A stretch of 63,288 nt of DNA, the filler included, from Octopus bimaculoides (taxonomy: Eukaryota), in assembly GCF_001194135.2 (NCBI RefSeq). It is 5 parts of 4 records of this genome, joined end to end, with 100 filler letters (N's around TTAATTAATTAA, not from the genome) between each part and the next. Parts side by side here need not be neighbours in the genome. Positions count along the whole stretch, not along the records: positions 18,619 to 35,820 come from NC_068989.1; positions 35,921 to 57,746 come from NC_068988.1; 3 more parts are not named here. One strand, given 5' to 3'. A program made the position numbers and the translations under genes. This document shows, in pieces, positions 27,314 to 41,342 of this stretch. The notes under the pieces were generated by a model. The model was not told the DNA's origin, did not search any database, and saw only the letters and a program-made list of their open reading frames with translations. Each line of letters opens with the position of its first letter. Positions within the stretch are counted from its first letter, which is position 1.

Positions 27314-27522
27314 CTTTGTAGTAAAGATTGTTTGCCCACATAATATGGTAGTCCTGGTTTAGGACTAATGTTGCTGTAATTTAGCTCTTGTTCGAAAATA
27401 TTAGGACACAGATCGTGTCGTATAGCCAGCTGGAGACGATGTCTCTTGGGGCCAAATTACAGCAGCATTAGTCCTAAACCGGGACCGCCATGTTATGTTG
27501 GCAAACAATCTTTACTACAAAG
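27314..27522. mobile_element. Palindromic MITE-like element with ~74-bp inverted arms
   Basis: CTTTGTAGTAAAGATTGTTTGCC...GTAATTT matches the reverse complement of 27448-27522 with few mismatches. Confidence 0.75.
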
Positions 27523-27572
27523 TCTTCAAATATAAAAAAATATAAGGTTCTTACACAATAAAGGTCTATAAA

Positions 27573-27880
27573 GTAAGTTCCATTTACGCACTGGGGTCGA
27601 TGTAATCGACTTAATCCGTTTGTCTGTCCTTGTTTGTCCCCTATATGTTTAGCCCCTTGTGGGCAATAAAGAAATAAGAAATGTTAGCACGCCGAGCGAA
27701 ATGCTTCGCGGTATTTCGTCTGTCTTTACGTTCTGATTTCAAAGTCCGGCGAGGTCGACTTTGCCTTTCATCATTTCGGGGTCGAAAAATTCAGTAGCAG
27801 TTGTGTACTGGGACCGATCTAATCGACTGTCTCCCTCCCCCAAAATTTCGGTCCTTGTGCCTTGAGTAGAAAGGAATATT
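27573..27880 (+). mobile_element. SINE family B, dimeric form, 5'-truncated
   Basis: Same monomer1-tail/monomer2 junction (GGGCAATAAAGAAATAAGAAA[T/C]GTTAGCACGCCG) as 58483-58910. Confidence 0.85.
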
Positions 27881-28119
27881 CACTTGGAAACTGGTGGTCC
27901 CCAAGCACTGCAAAAGGCAACGATGTAGTATATTTTCGTACATCTTATAGTCTAATAAAACGATAGCTAAGTTATTCTTTCTTATGTGATCTATGAATAT
28001 CATGCTACAGATATACAGGAGATAAGCAAGCCCCTTTGGTTAATTTCTCTGATCCATTTGCTTTTCTCTTTCTCTCTTCTCCATAAAGCTACTTAATTAA
28101 TCTACTATGAGATCAGTTA

Positions 28120-28240
28120 CCCGTTTAACTTTCATTCATTATTAGTCGTTGAAATAAGTACCAGTTAGCTACTGAGGTCGTTGTAATCGACTTGCCTACC
28201 TACACCCGACTTTCAGGCCTTGTGCATGTAGTAGAGCAGT
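28120..28240 (+). mobile_element. SINE family B, degenerate 3' fragment
   Basis: AAATAAGTACCAGTT...GAGGTCG...AATCGAC...TCAGGCCTTGTGC. Confidence 0.65.
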
Positions 28241-29275
28241 TATTAATTTAATTATTGCCGTTGTTGTTGCTGTTATTGTTGTTTTGTTGAAGATTACAGA
28301 TTTGTTCGAGATAACTTGGCGTAAATTTGAATTTTCGAATGGCCATTTCGTGATGGATATGATTTTCTATAATCTTGTAAAAAAAGAGAGTTCCAAAAAT
28401 CTTGGCGTCTGCTACTTTGCGTGAGGTGGAAGACGCTTTTTATTGTAGTCATTTGTAATATTTTTCCGAAAGAAAATAAATGTTGTTTACTAGAAATTTC
28501 ATATGACTTATTTTTGCAGAGCAGAAATAGATGTTATCAGAAAACGAGGTTAAAACAGTTACACCTCAAGTAAAAAAAGAAGCAAAATTTAAATAAAATG
28601 AAAATAATGACACTGTGTTTTCCCACAAAAAAAATCTGTAGAAAGAAGTCTCTCAATATAAAATAAAATAAAAATCATCGAAATTAATGTATTTTAGGAA
28701 GCAGACACAACAATCGTTTGCACTTTAACAAGTAAAAAAGAGTTGGATAAACTTGATTGTCACAAAGTAAAGATACTTATAAGCACTGTTAATCGGAGTT
28801 TGTTGTTTTGTTGGTCGCCTACCAGAAATGTACTAAGCATTGGGGAGGTATGTTACAAGGAAACTTTATCCCTTGTCTTATTTGAGGCATACTCCAAAGA
28901 GATGCTACGGTAAGGAGCTGGAATGAGTTACTTCTCTTTCTTTTGGAAAGCTAATATGGGCTCTATATGCTCTCAAAGTTAACAACATAAGAATTTGTAA
29001 ACCTGGTGGGGATCTCCATCACATAGGTTCCGATTCTTATAACAACCACTCTCCGCACGTATAGTGTTTCATAGATATGCCAAGGGCCAAAATTCCTCAA
29101 CACTTACAGTAGATTTCGGGTATAAATATATTGCTTTATCATCTAGAGACCAGCGTTTGCGGAAATAATTCTGCCTCGCCATCTGCCTCAGGAATCAGGT
29201 AAAAGTAGTTATATGATTTAGCATCGTCGTTCAAACAACTAAAATAGGCCACAGCTTTTGTCAATAGTTCATATG

Positions 29276-29322
<47 letters not shown>

Positions 29323-29854
29323 TTTCTGCTTGAGTACAAAGAAGGTGGTGTCAGAAGGTAAAGCGATTAATGGTGCAGAAAAGAAAGTTGTATGTATGTT
29401 TGTGTATCTATGTGAGTGTGTATGTATGCCATTATTCAGTTTTATTTCAAGATTTCTGATGAATATAGAAAAAGCTATAATATACATTTCTCTGTGGACC
29501 CACATATGTAGTAGCTAACTCTCCGACAAAGATATCATAATTATGATCCAATCCAGGGTAGATGGCTTCATACCTTTATATGATCTCACAGAAATGATAA
29601 AAAAGTTTTCTTTACATTTATCCAAAGGTTGAACTAAAATTTGTATTACTAACTTCATTATTACATTATCAGTAACAGTTACAAAACATATACACAAATA
29701 TAATATTTTCATGCGTGAGAATATACCTCTGATTTGTCTTTGCTTTTCAAGTGAAAGCTAAGACTCGTCTAAGAAGCATAGTCTGTATGCGTGTGCGTCT
29801 GTGTTTTCATCGACGTGTATTGGTGAACTATATATCACCAGGAAGCCGAAAATA

Positions 29855-30075
29855 TACGAGAACGTGCTGGAAAATTCCTGGCTTTAGGTAAAACAAGATA
29901 CAAAAAGATCAGTTAATTACGACTGAACTAAATATATTCCCATCTGAGACTCTATACAGTTATTGCAATAATTTTTGAGATTTCTAATCCCCCATAAAAA
30001 ATTATTTGGAAGGTCGGGCCGCCATCCAGGCCTTTCACGACACCCTTAAAGTCAAGAACTTTTCGAGACCCTTTA
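29855..30075 (-). mobile_element. Mariner-derived MITE, copy 2 (diverged)
   Basis: TACGAGAACGTGCTGGAAAATTCCTGGCTTT terminus; same length and layout as 3805-4026 in reverse orientation. Confidence 0.75.
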
Positions 30076-31388
30076 ATGATCGATATCGCGTTTCTCTGAA
30101 TAGACAGAAACTTAGAAATTCAAGAAACAACGATAGATGCGCTGCATATTTGTGATCTAGAAAATTACCTCTCACAAATTGCTATATAGAAGAAATAAAT
30201 AGAATATTGTACGGGAGTTGTTCACTCATGTTTCAACTATTTTGGAATCTTATTAAACAGACATGTCTACTTTGGAGTAGATTTATTTTGATACGTACAG
30301 TAATCTTAAAGTAAATGGAACAGATAGAAACAGATAAGTATATACTTGAATCCATACAAAAACTAAAAAGAAAATAACAAAATTATTAGCATTTCATTTA
30401 TCTATTCAGATCGGACAAAACGAAATACTGGGTTTGCTAAGTTGGCAAAATACAATAGCTGACTCATCAGAATAATCGTTAAGATGTATCTAAATCTCAC
30501 TGTAGTAGATACCATATATCGAAGAAGCTGAGTTTAAGGTGAAACATCGACTGTCAGTTTAGATAGAAATTTGCAACAGCGTATAGGAACATTGAAGAGG
30601 TGCGATCGATAATTCTATAAAGATATCCCAGTAGAGAATTAACCTTGTTTCTGTTTAGGATAGCAATTCGGCAATTGATTATAATGCAAGCAGGGAGGGA
30701 AAAACTTTTATCCAATATATAAGAGTTACATAATTTGCTGATTTTTGTTTTGCAAAATCCAATATAAATTAATGCCGGTAAAAATGGTTTCCGAGTAAAA
30801 TGGTTTGATCACGACATCAGTCGATATCCATTGATTAAAAATATCGATTAACGAATTTAGAAGGATACATAGAGATTAGGTAAAGGAAATTATTCATATT
30901 CTTTTGTTCAATATATGAAGATGGAGACGACGTAGGTGTATATTAATATAGTAGATGTTGAAGTTAATGAAAAAAGACTCTCAACTGCTAGGTGCTAAAA
31001 ACGAACATGGCCACACACGTAATGGAGACTGTGATTATATAACGAGGTACAAATATTTGTTTGTGTTATACACTTCCTAACTCGCTAGTTAACAGATCAC
31101 GTGGAGCAATCGAGTCCACATTGCATTTAGGAAACCAGTCTTCATCTATGGTGTACGCTGGAATGATAGGATTAATAATTGTCTGTGTAATCTAGTGCTA
31201 GAATAGGGGTGGGGTGATTGGCAGGTATGTGGTAGGTGACAGATTTGGGAAATCTTTTGTTAGTACAAAGTAGAACTGACATAACTGTCAGATTAACTTA
31301 GCGGTCGTGGTGGAACAATAGTGAATGTTGATGAATATTTTAGATGATTATATAGGTGTGTGTGTGTGTGTGTGTGCTTGTGTGTGTG

Positions 31389-31437
<49 letters not shown>

Positions 31438-32379
31438 CTGTGTGTGTATGCATACATACTACATATATANNNNNNNNNNNNNNNNNNNNNNNNNNNNNNN
31501 NNNNNNNNNNNNNNNNNNNNNNNNNNNNNNNNNNNNNNNNNNNNNNNNNNNNNNNNNNNNNNNNNNNNNNNNNNNNNNNNNNNNNNNNNNNNNNNNNNNN
31601 NNNNNNNNNNNNNNNNNNNNNNNNNNNNNNNNNNNNNNNNNNNNNNNNNNNNNNNNNNNNNNNNNNNNNNNNNNNNNGACAAGGCTACATATTCAGAGGG
31701 AGAAAAATATAAATACAGCAATCTATGGAGAGTAAGCGAGAAAAAGAGAGAGGGGGGGCGATTAAGACAGTATCAGCTTCCAGATTTTTGTGATAGATAT
31801 TCCTGTTATGGTTACTGCTGCAACTGAATACGGATGATATTAGTGAAGATTTACAAACTTTGCCATCCTTCGTTTTCGATTTTCGGTAGCTTTTTCACAC
31901 AGTAAATAAATATATTATTTTTCCTTTCTTTTTTTTTCTTTTTTTTTTTTGACAAACAAAAACATTATCTCAAATAATATTTCTTTATGTCAGCATATTT
32001 GTAACTTTTTGTGAGGAAATGTTTTCCATCTGATGTAACTTTCGTTACAATGCCGTTGTCGAGAGTATTTTATCGGAATGTACAAATCAAATATACAATA
32101 CTGTTAGAAACAACAGTGAATTGGCAAATGTCTGAGTATACAAATCATAATTTATTTGCTATAAGACAAGAAATGTTAATAAACCATAATTACATAGTCA
32201 TTGATGAGAAAATATAATTATATAAATAACTAATTCTATCACGAAAGACAAGGGAACTTACCACAATTAATCAAGAATAATTAAATAATCTGATCTTTTG
32301 CAAATAATGTCGGTCTTAATAACACAGAAAATGCAATTGATTTATAGATATTATTAAAAATTTTGGCACATGACCATCG

Positions 32380-33157
32380 CATTTAGGAAGAGTGTACAAG
32401 TCGATTATATCGTAGCTGCTATTTAATTCGCAATTATTTCGTGTTTACTGAAAGGATGAAAGGAAAAGTCTACTTCGGTCGAATTTGAACTAAAAAGAAT
32501 AAAGAAACGGAATAAATGTCACTAAGCGTTCTGTCCGATGCGCTAACGGATCCGCTAGCTCGCCGCATTCGATTATTTTATAGCAATAATTTCTTCTACA
32601 AGAACAAGGCCTAGAATTTTGGGGACAGGAGATTGTTGACTTCGACTCCACTAGTGTTTCACTTGTACGTATTTTATCGACTCGGAAATGATAAAAGGTA
32701 CAGTCAATCTTGGCGGAATTTGAATTCAGAATCTAAAGAGCCCAAGGAAACGCCAGTACGCTTTTTGTTCGATGTGCGCTAACGATTCAACCAGCTCACC
32801 TCTTTCAATTGATTTATAAACCTTTCTACTACAGGCAAAAAGCCCGATAATTTGGAGGACGTGCTAGTGGATTTCATCGACCCCAGTGCTTGACTAGTAG
32901 AGATTTTCCCCTCTCCGAACGGATGAAAAGTTGTTATGTCGACGCCCCCAAGCGAAGAAGTAGACTCGACCAAGACATATAAATAGAGGTAGTCTGACCC
33001 TGGTAGGGGTGGACTGACAGTGGACTGGCTGTTGAGTAGCAGTCGTGTAGCGATTGAGTAGAGATCATCCGAAGGTGCTGGATAGCAGTAGCTTGAGGCA
33101 TAACAAAAGTGAAGTTAAACTCGGAGGAATTCGAACGATGTTGCCAAATCACCGCCT
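32380..33157 (-). mobile_element. Three tandem degenerate SINE family B copies
   Basis: Three successive reverse-complement cores (GAAAGGATGAAAGG..AAGTC..CTTCGG..GAATTTGAA) and heads (...CCAGCTCACC). Confidence 0.7.
32932..33105 (+). mobile_element. Solo LTR (174 bp) inserted in a SINE
   Basis: TGTTATG...CATAACA terminal inverted repeat (TG...CA), 5-bp TSD AAAGT at 32927-32931 and 33106-33110, internal TATAAAT; the SINE core resumes on both sides. Confidence 0.8.
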
Positions 33158-34190
33158 TCAATTGTTATATATTAATGCAATCTGCAAAAATGTGTGGCAA
33201 AAATCTTAATAAAGGCGAATATATTCTATTAAATTTAATGATAAGTTTTGTTCAGGCATTGCGAACATATATAACGTATGAATAGGAATTGTTTGAATAT
33301 CTCTATATATTGTCTATTTTGTAATTCACTCATTGGTTTCAGTCTAATGACTAAAATCAGTAAATGTGACACGGTTTTAAGAAAGTTTAATCAAACATAT
33401 CGACTCCAATATTTATTTCAGTCTGGTACTGGTTTTATCGATCCGTATATTGTTGTGGTTCTAAGTTACCTTCGTGAAATAATAATACAGTTGTGTTTTT
33501 AACCGGTAACATAATATCACAGACATTGACATAAACACACATATGCAACTACAAATAAAAAGACACACACAAATAAGCACGCAGACAAACGGACACACAA
33601 TTACCAGTTGTCTCTCATAGCCCAAACGCCACAATGAAGTGTACTCAATATAAAATATTGGTTCACCAACAAGTAATTTTTTTCTAAAGTAATCTGTGTC
33701 AATGGCTGTTGAGACAACTATATAGTCATAATTTATATGTGCCGCACGTTTATTTTTCAGATAATTTCTAAACCACCGGATAATAAATACTTTTCCTGCA
33801 CAGACGTTTAGTGAAGTTTACATATATCTGTAGAAGACAGAAGAGAGTAGCGCTGAAGGCCACTGTATTAAAGTGGATGATTTAGGTTGAAAATGAATCA
33901 TAAAGCAGCTATGTCACCTTGAAACTTAATGTTTCTCCATATCTAGGGCACTCTGAGTTGAGCCTTTAGCTTCCGGTCATTTAAAGGTCCTGTAAATGGT
34001 AACATGATTCCAATATATTGCAGTATTATAACTTTTGTTTAAACAGCTATTGAGTATGTACGATTGATAAGTTATATTATTGACTCATTTTTAGGACAAT
34101 GAATTTTCCTCAATAATGTGATAACGACATTCATCAAGAACATAGTATGATACGATACGTAAATATACGCTTTCACGCATACAAACATAT

Positions 34191-34232
<42 letters not shown>

Positions 34233-34242
34233 NNNNNNNNNN

Positions 34243-34286
<44 letters not shown>

Positions 34287-35920
34287 CACACAATATTGAA
34301 ATATGTATACATAAATCAAAATTTTGCAAAATTCTATGCTATTTGTCCTTGGGTATCAATATGTGTGGAAATCCTATCATTTGTTTAGTAACCATTTGAA
34401 TAATTATGACACGAATTAGTATATAATTAATAATCTTTCATATTCTAAGCTTAAAATAAAGCTTACTGATTTTCTTGGCATATATGCATTTAAATATGAA
34501 ACATTTACATATTTGTGATTTCGTAAACAAAAGTAACAGTAGGCATGCTATACATAACACAATAGATTTAATGAGCTCTTTATTCCCTGTAACAATAACA
34601 TATTCAGTAATTATACTTATTTAACATAATTTTGCAACATTCTTGAAACGAAATCTCTACCCGTTAAAGGAATTTACATTAGCATTAAAAGCCATAGAAT
34701 AATTCGTCAATTCCTGCAGCGTTAATTCTTGCACTCAAAACACAATAGTACCTAAAGTCACGTTGTTATGGATGCTTTGTGTTAATTGGGTTTGCCGTAG
34801 ATAATGAGTACGATTGAGTACGAAAAATTAGCATTCTTTACTCTTTATCAAAGGAACGATTATATTCATTCGAGATTTAGTATGAATTTTATCGTTACAC
34901 ATTTTAGGGTAAAGAGTTCTTCAAGCTAAAATTGCAACAATCGGATTAGGTTAGAATCAATTAGACATTTTTTTCCTATGGTAAGTGCTTGTTTCACCAA
35001 CTCCGGAAGAAAAAAAAAGAAAGCAAATATCGAACACAAGTATATTTTGATGTATATGGGTAAAAATGAAACAAATGAATACTACAAAACATTTTCTCTG
35101 ACGCCCCAACTATTTTGTTAAGTCGATAAATATTTTTTTATGAACTAATGATACGAAAATCCTTAGACTAAACTGTTTCGTCTACGTAACACAGAAAAAA
35201 CGTAGGCGTATATAATTTCCCCGTAAAACAACAAAATATTTGCTCGAGAGAATAAAACAATGTTAGCTATTGTATTGAAGTCAATCAGTATATAGAACTA
35301 CTTACAAGCATTCCGTTATTTACTTTAGAATATTAACAGTTCAAATATATTTCAGGAAGGAGACAAAAAGGAGTTGATTAACCCCGGATGTATAATTATA
35401 CAACAATTGCATAATAAAACTGACCTCATCAGTAAATTTATTCGCTATTAATTATAAGCCATTATATTTCTATAATGATTTAATTTTAAATTTGAACATT
35501 AATACAATATAAAATGTGTAAACGCAGGCGTGCGTGAGCATACATAGGCACGCTTTCAAGCACACACACACACACACACACACACACATTCAACAACAAA
35601 TACATCGAGGAATATATTATGCGCACAGAAGTCAACGTGAATGCGTCTGTATATTATTGACATAATGATTCAGTCCTAGCACAAAGCAGTATCGCTATGT
35701 GTATGTACGAATATACATTTCTGTTTCTCGCTGGTAAAATGATTGGAACATCACATGATGTATGTATATATATGTATATATATTTGTATATATATATTTA
35801 CATTTATATATATATATATANNNNNNNNNNNNNNNNNNNNNNNNNNNNNNNNNNNNNNNNNNNNTTAATTAATTAANNNNNNNNNNNNNNNNNNNNNNNN
35901 NNNNNNNNNNNNNNNNNNNN

Positions 35921-35969
<49 letters not shown>

Positions 35970-36414
35970 CGTACCATGGCCCAACCAATCTCCTTACTTT
36001 ACCTAGCTAATAACTAGCCACCATCAGAATCTAAAAGTATTGGCAATTCTAGATATATCATCTCCTATTCACCTCGACAATGCACAAACTGTGACTCATA
36101 TTAACACCCATACATCCTTCCATAGATATTTGTTATTCTGCATTTGAAGACTTCAGGTATTTACAACTATTTTATTGTCCCAATAAAGAATCAAAACCAC
36201 AGAAATGTTGATATAAAGCTGAATGTTTTTTTTTTGTCGAACTCAATTTGACAGTGATAAAATCAAGATAAACCAGAAATCAGATATACTCTATAAGAAA
36301 TATATATTGATTGTTTATTGTTTAGTTCATATAATCCATATAATTTCAAAAATAGGTCTTAATGTTGTTATACGTTTTTGTCTGTATATCTGTGTGTTTG
36401 GGCGCGCGCACGCA

Positions 36415-36495
<81 letters not shown>

Positions 36496-37343
36496 NNNNN
36501 NNNNNNNNNNNNNNNNNNNNNNNNNNNNNNNNNNNNNNNNNNNNNNNNNNNNNNNNNNNNNNNNNNNNNNNNNNNNNNNNNNNNNNNNNNNNNNNNNNNN
36601 NNNNNNNNNNNNNNNNNNNNNNNNNNNNNNNNNNNNNNNNNNNNNNNNNNNNNNNNNNNNNNNNNNNNNNNNNNNNNNNNNNNNNNNNNNNNNNNNNNNN
36701 NNNNNNNNNNNNNNNNNNNNNNNNNNNNNNNNNNNNNNNNNNNNNNNNNNNNNNNNNNNNNNNNNNNNNNNNNNNNNNNNNNNNNNNNNNNNNNNNNNNN
36801 NNNNNNNNNNNNNNNNNNNNNNNNNNNNNNNNNNNNNNNNNNNNNNNNNNNNNNNNNNNNNNNNNNNNNNNNNNNNNNNNNNNNNNNNNNNNNNNNNNNN
36901 NNNNNNNNNNNNNNNNNNNNNNNNNNNNNNNNNNNNNNNNNNNNNNNNNNNNNNNNNNNNNNNNNNNNNNNNNNNNNNNNNNNNNNNNNNNNNNNNNNNN
37001 NNNNNNNNNNNNNNNNNNNNNNNNNNNNNNNNNNNNNNNNNNNNNNNNNNNNNNNNNNNNNNNNNNNNNNNNNNNNNNNNNNNNNNNNNNNNNNNNNNNN
37101 NNNNNNNNNNNNNNNNNNNNNNNNNNNNNNNNNNNNNNNNNNNNNNNNNNNNNNNCTCTTGTGTATATTGAGGGAATGTTTTACTGTCTTAAGATACAGT
37201 ATGACTGGCTAGCTGGGGTGGGAGGGAAGAAGAGTTAAAAAGGATTTTTTAATTTTATTTTTGGTTTGTCTGTGACAGTCTGTCATGGTTCACTGGTTTT
37301 TGGGACTGGTTTTGTGCACATCTCTATGTGTGTGTGTATATAT

Positions 37344-37385
<42 letters not shown>

Positions 37386-37407
37386 CGTTTTTATTGGTCC
37401 CAGAGTT

Positions 37408-38172
37408 TATGTTCATATGAGTGCATATACATAAAGATAGTTCTATCATGTTTGTGCGCGCGCGCGTGCGTGTGTGTGCGTGTGTGTGAGAGTGTGTGTG
37501 TATACATCGATGCATACATATACTGCAAGAGATACAGACAAATGAGAGGAGGGAGACAGACATTTCGTTACAACATATAGGATAACAAGTGCTAACAGAA
37601 TTAAACTACAAGTCTATTTTCAGATATACATTAGTCTGACTAAATAAAAAATACGTCTGTCCTTACGTACTGAGTTCAAAGTTCCGCCGAGGTCGACTTT
37701 GCCTTTCATCCTTTCAAGGTTGCTAAATTAAGTACCAGTTGCGTACTAGGGTCGATCTAATCGACCGGCTCCCCTCCGCCAAAATTTCGGGCCTTGTGCC
37801 TAGAGTAGAAAAGAATTTGATAACTGACCAGCAGGTTGAAGTTTCAGAGATCTTCAGTCGTCCTGAAATTAGAAATCGACTTCGTGCTTGAATACACAGA
37901 TTTTGAACATTTATTTGAATAAAGCAAATAGCGATGTGTATTTTTTATTTATTAAGACTAATGTATATCTGAAAATAGACTTGTAGTTTAATTCTGTTAG
38001 CACTTGTTATCCTATATGTTGTAACGAAATGTCTGTCTCCCTCCTCTCATTTGTCTGTATTTCTTGCAGTATACGTATGTATCGATGTATACACACACAC
38101 TCTCACACACACGCACGCGCGCGCACAAACATGATAGAACTATATTTATGTATATGCACTCATATGAACATA
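37408..38172. repeat. Long inverted repeat: arms 37408-37654 and 37938-38172
   Basis: Arms are near-identical reverse complements; the ORF track gives the same peptide start MSVSLLSFVCISCSI on opposite strands. Confidence 0.95.
37663..37815 (+). mobile_element. SINE family B, 5'-truncated, in the spacer of the inverted repeat
   Basis: TTACGTACTGAGTTCAAAGTTCCGCCGAGGTCGACTTTGCCTTTCATCC...TAGAGTAGAAAAGAA. Confidence 0.85.
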
Positions 38173-38840
38173 GTTATGTATATGCGTCTATCTGTATGTT
38201 TTGTCCCTTTCTTGTATCACCTGTCTGGATGTTTGCGTCCTTGTCCCATTCTGTATTATTTACACATATATTATATAGCAGCGTACATACAACTTGTCTC
38301 TTATATGTAAGTATAAATTTATGTATATATATATATATATATATATAGCTTCACCATTCCATTTCTTTTTACATTAGCAAAAGATTCATCTTAACAATAA
38401 TACTTTGTTGGGTGCATAAAATCGTAAATCCATGCATGTATGACATTTTCATTTTCAGTTAGAAATATTTTTGTAAAACTGTCGTAATTGGGACTTGCTA
38501 CACTTCTGAAAAATGCTAAGCCGTTGTACTACACTTTGACAATTTTCATATCTTTGCATCTGAAGCGGCTGGAGATACGTTGGTTTGACCCCCAAAAAGC
38601 AGCTATTGCAAGCGAAATTGAATATTGACATTAAACGCATTTGGCCAAATTGGGACATACGATTGTTTAACATAATAGCGACGATAAGTTGCGAGTAAAA
38701 GCGCTAGCGGGAGGGGCGGGATGTTATCACCAGTCTTAAACATTGTCTCAGTGAAACCGCCAATCTGAGGCAAACGTAGTAAGATTGAAGTGAAGCGATA
38801 ATGATGAGGATGATACCGTGGACAATTATCTGCCTTTCTC

Positions 38841-38885
<45 letters not shown>

Positions 38886-39574
38886 ACATTTATATATATG
38901 TGTGTGTGTGTCTACATTTATATATATATATGTGTGTGTGTGTCTACATTTATATATATGTGCGTGTGTGTATACATATATATAGACATATATATTTTAT
39001 ATACATATATATATATATATATATNNNNNNNNNNNNNNNNNNNNNNNNNNNNNNNNNNNNNNNNNNNNNNNNNNNNNNNNNNNNNNTATATATATGTATG
39101 TGTTCGTTCCTATGTATGTGCGGTAGTGTAACTGCGTGTGTATTTGATCAGATTATATAACTCATTGCAATTATATTAACTGTTTCCATGGTATACACCT
39201 GATTAAATCTTTTCTAAGTCAGGAGAGAACATCCCCATGAAATTCCAAAAGAGCAAACTGCCAACATTTCAGAACCAATTGCAAGGAAGGGTGGCGTGTA
39301 CGGTTACTATTTTGAATTTACATGTGAATAGATTTTACTTATGATTGAATCAACGCTTTCCTTATGTCTCTCCTTCATCGGTCTTTTCTTTTACTGAACT
39401 GAATGTCTTTAGCAAATACCGAAATTTGCTTAAATGGCGTTCTTCAAGAATAGCTTTCATGCATTCTCTAAAGAAAACGCTGCCACTTATTAAATTTCTT
39501 ATAAACATTTCAACTCCACATCTACCAGAAATAACTGTAATTGCTGATTATATTTGTGTCTGCGCGTCTGTCTG

Positions 39575-39663
<89 letters not shown>

Positions 39664-40025
39664 ATCTCTGTGTGTNNNNNNNNNNGTGTATATATATATA
39701 CCTACATACCAACCTACCTGCTTATTTAATTATATATTTGTCTAGCAATCAATCTATTTATTGAACTTGTTATACCTATGTCCGTTTATACTTACGGAAA
39801 CTAGTTAACATCTGTCTTTTTATTGAACTTCTCTCTATCAACTTATTTATCTATCTATTATATTTTGTGTTTATATATATATATATATATATATATATNN
39901 NNNNNNNNNNNNNNNNNNNNNNNNNNNNNNNNNNNNNNNNNNNNNNNNNNNNNNNNNNNNNNNNNNNNNNNNNNNNNNNNNNNNNNNNNNNNNNNNNNNN
40001 NNNNNNNNNNNNNNNNNNNATATAT

Positions 40026-40064
<39 letters not shown>

Positions 40065-40074
40065 CATACATACA

Positions 40075-40107
<33 letters not shown>

Positions 40108-41342
40108 CTATCAAACGGTTTATCTATACATCCAACCATATATTCTTTTAGCCGTCCGTCTCTTTCTATACCTATCTAAGTTATTATGTATGCAAATGTG
40201 TATCTATCTATCTACCCTTATGCCTACCAAACTATATGGCTGTCTGTCTGTCAGTCTGTGCGCCAGTCTATCAAATACTCAAGAACCAATTTATGTATTA
40301 ATCATTATATATCTACTTTGTATATCTCTCAGCGGACAAATACCCATACACAGAAATACATCTGTGAATATGTGCGAGTGTGTTCGTATGTGTGTGTGTT
40401 TGTAGTACGTATATGTTTCTGACTGCGCACACAAAAGCATACAAGTAGATACATGCACTTATATCCATACACATATATGATCATGTATATATGTATGCGC
40501 ATAAGTGTATATTCATTAATCTATATTACGTTTGTCGTTATACATACGCGCGCACACACACACACACATATATATGTCTATGTAGCTGTGTGTATAAGTA
40601 ATGTATGAGAGAGATAGGATTTAAATGTTTCTTTGCATGTTTATGCACATCCTGAAGCATATATTGCACTGCATTGAAGTGCAATGCATTAAACCAGATT
40701 GCCCTGGAGTCAGTTCAGTACCAGATTCACTGAAGTTCTTTGTTCTGGATTATAGTGTCAAAGATCTGAAGATGAAGGGAGAGGGTGATTGTGTTATAAA
40801 GGAAAGAGTTGTTGGCTATTTCTTAATACAGTTCATCGTTCTTGCAGTGAAGATTATAGTTATTCATTGTGCCACAGCATGCATCAAGTGACACAGTAGT
40901 TTTGCTATGGAATTCGTTTATAATTGAATGATGATTTGTGCTAGCTTTTACAATTCCATGGTGAATAGGTAGGCTTAATTTTATTTTCCTAAATGATTTA
41001 GAATTGTGAAAAATTATATGAAAATATATAGATGGTTGAATGGTTATATGATTGGATATTAAACTAAGTCTTCAAGAGCACGAATGTTGTCACGAGATCC
41101 AGAGTCGCTGCTATAGTATTCAACGCCCTAGGCTAGCTCTAAATTCTGCCTTCTCTCAGCTTTATGATATGTGCTTCCTTGTCCCAATCGCACAGTCAGA
41201 ACATCCTTCACCATTGTTTGCTTCAACAATCGCCAACATTTTCTCTCATTTCACTAGCTGGAAAATGCAGTCAAAAAATTATAATTAACACGTGGAAAAG
41301 AAATATCTTGTATATATTTAAGCCTCTCACTGTGTAAATGTA

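Noticed and set aside
29100-29260. Minus-strand GTAAGT donor with a short upstream frame (MARQNYFRKRWSLDDKAIYLYPKST)
   Set aside because: Acceptor is mediocre and there is no homology; not distinguishable from chance.
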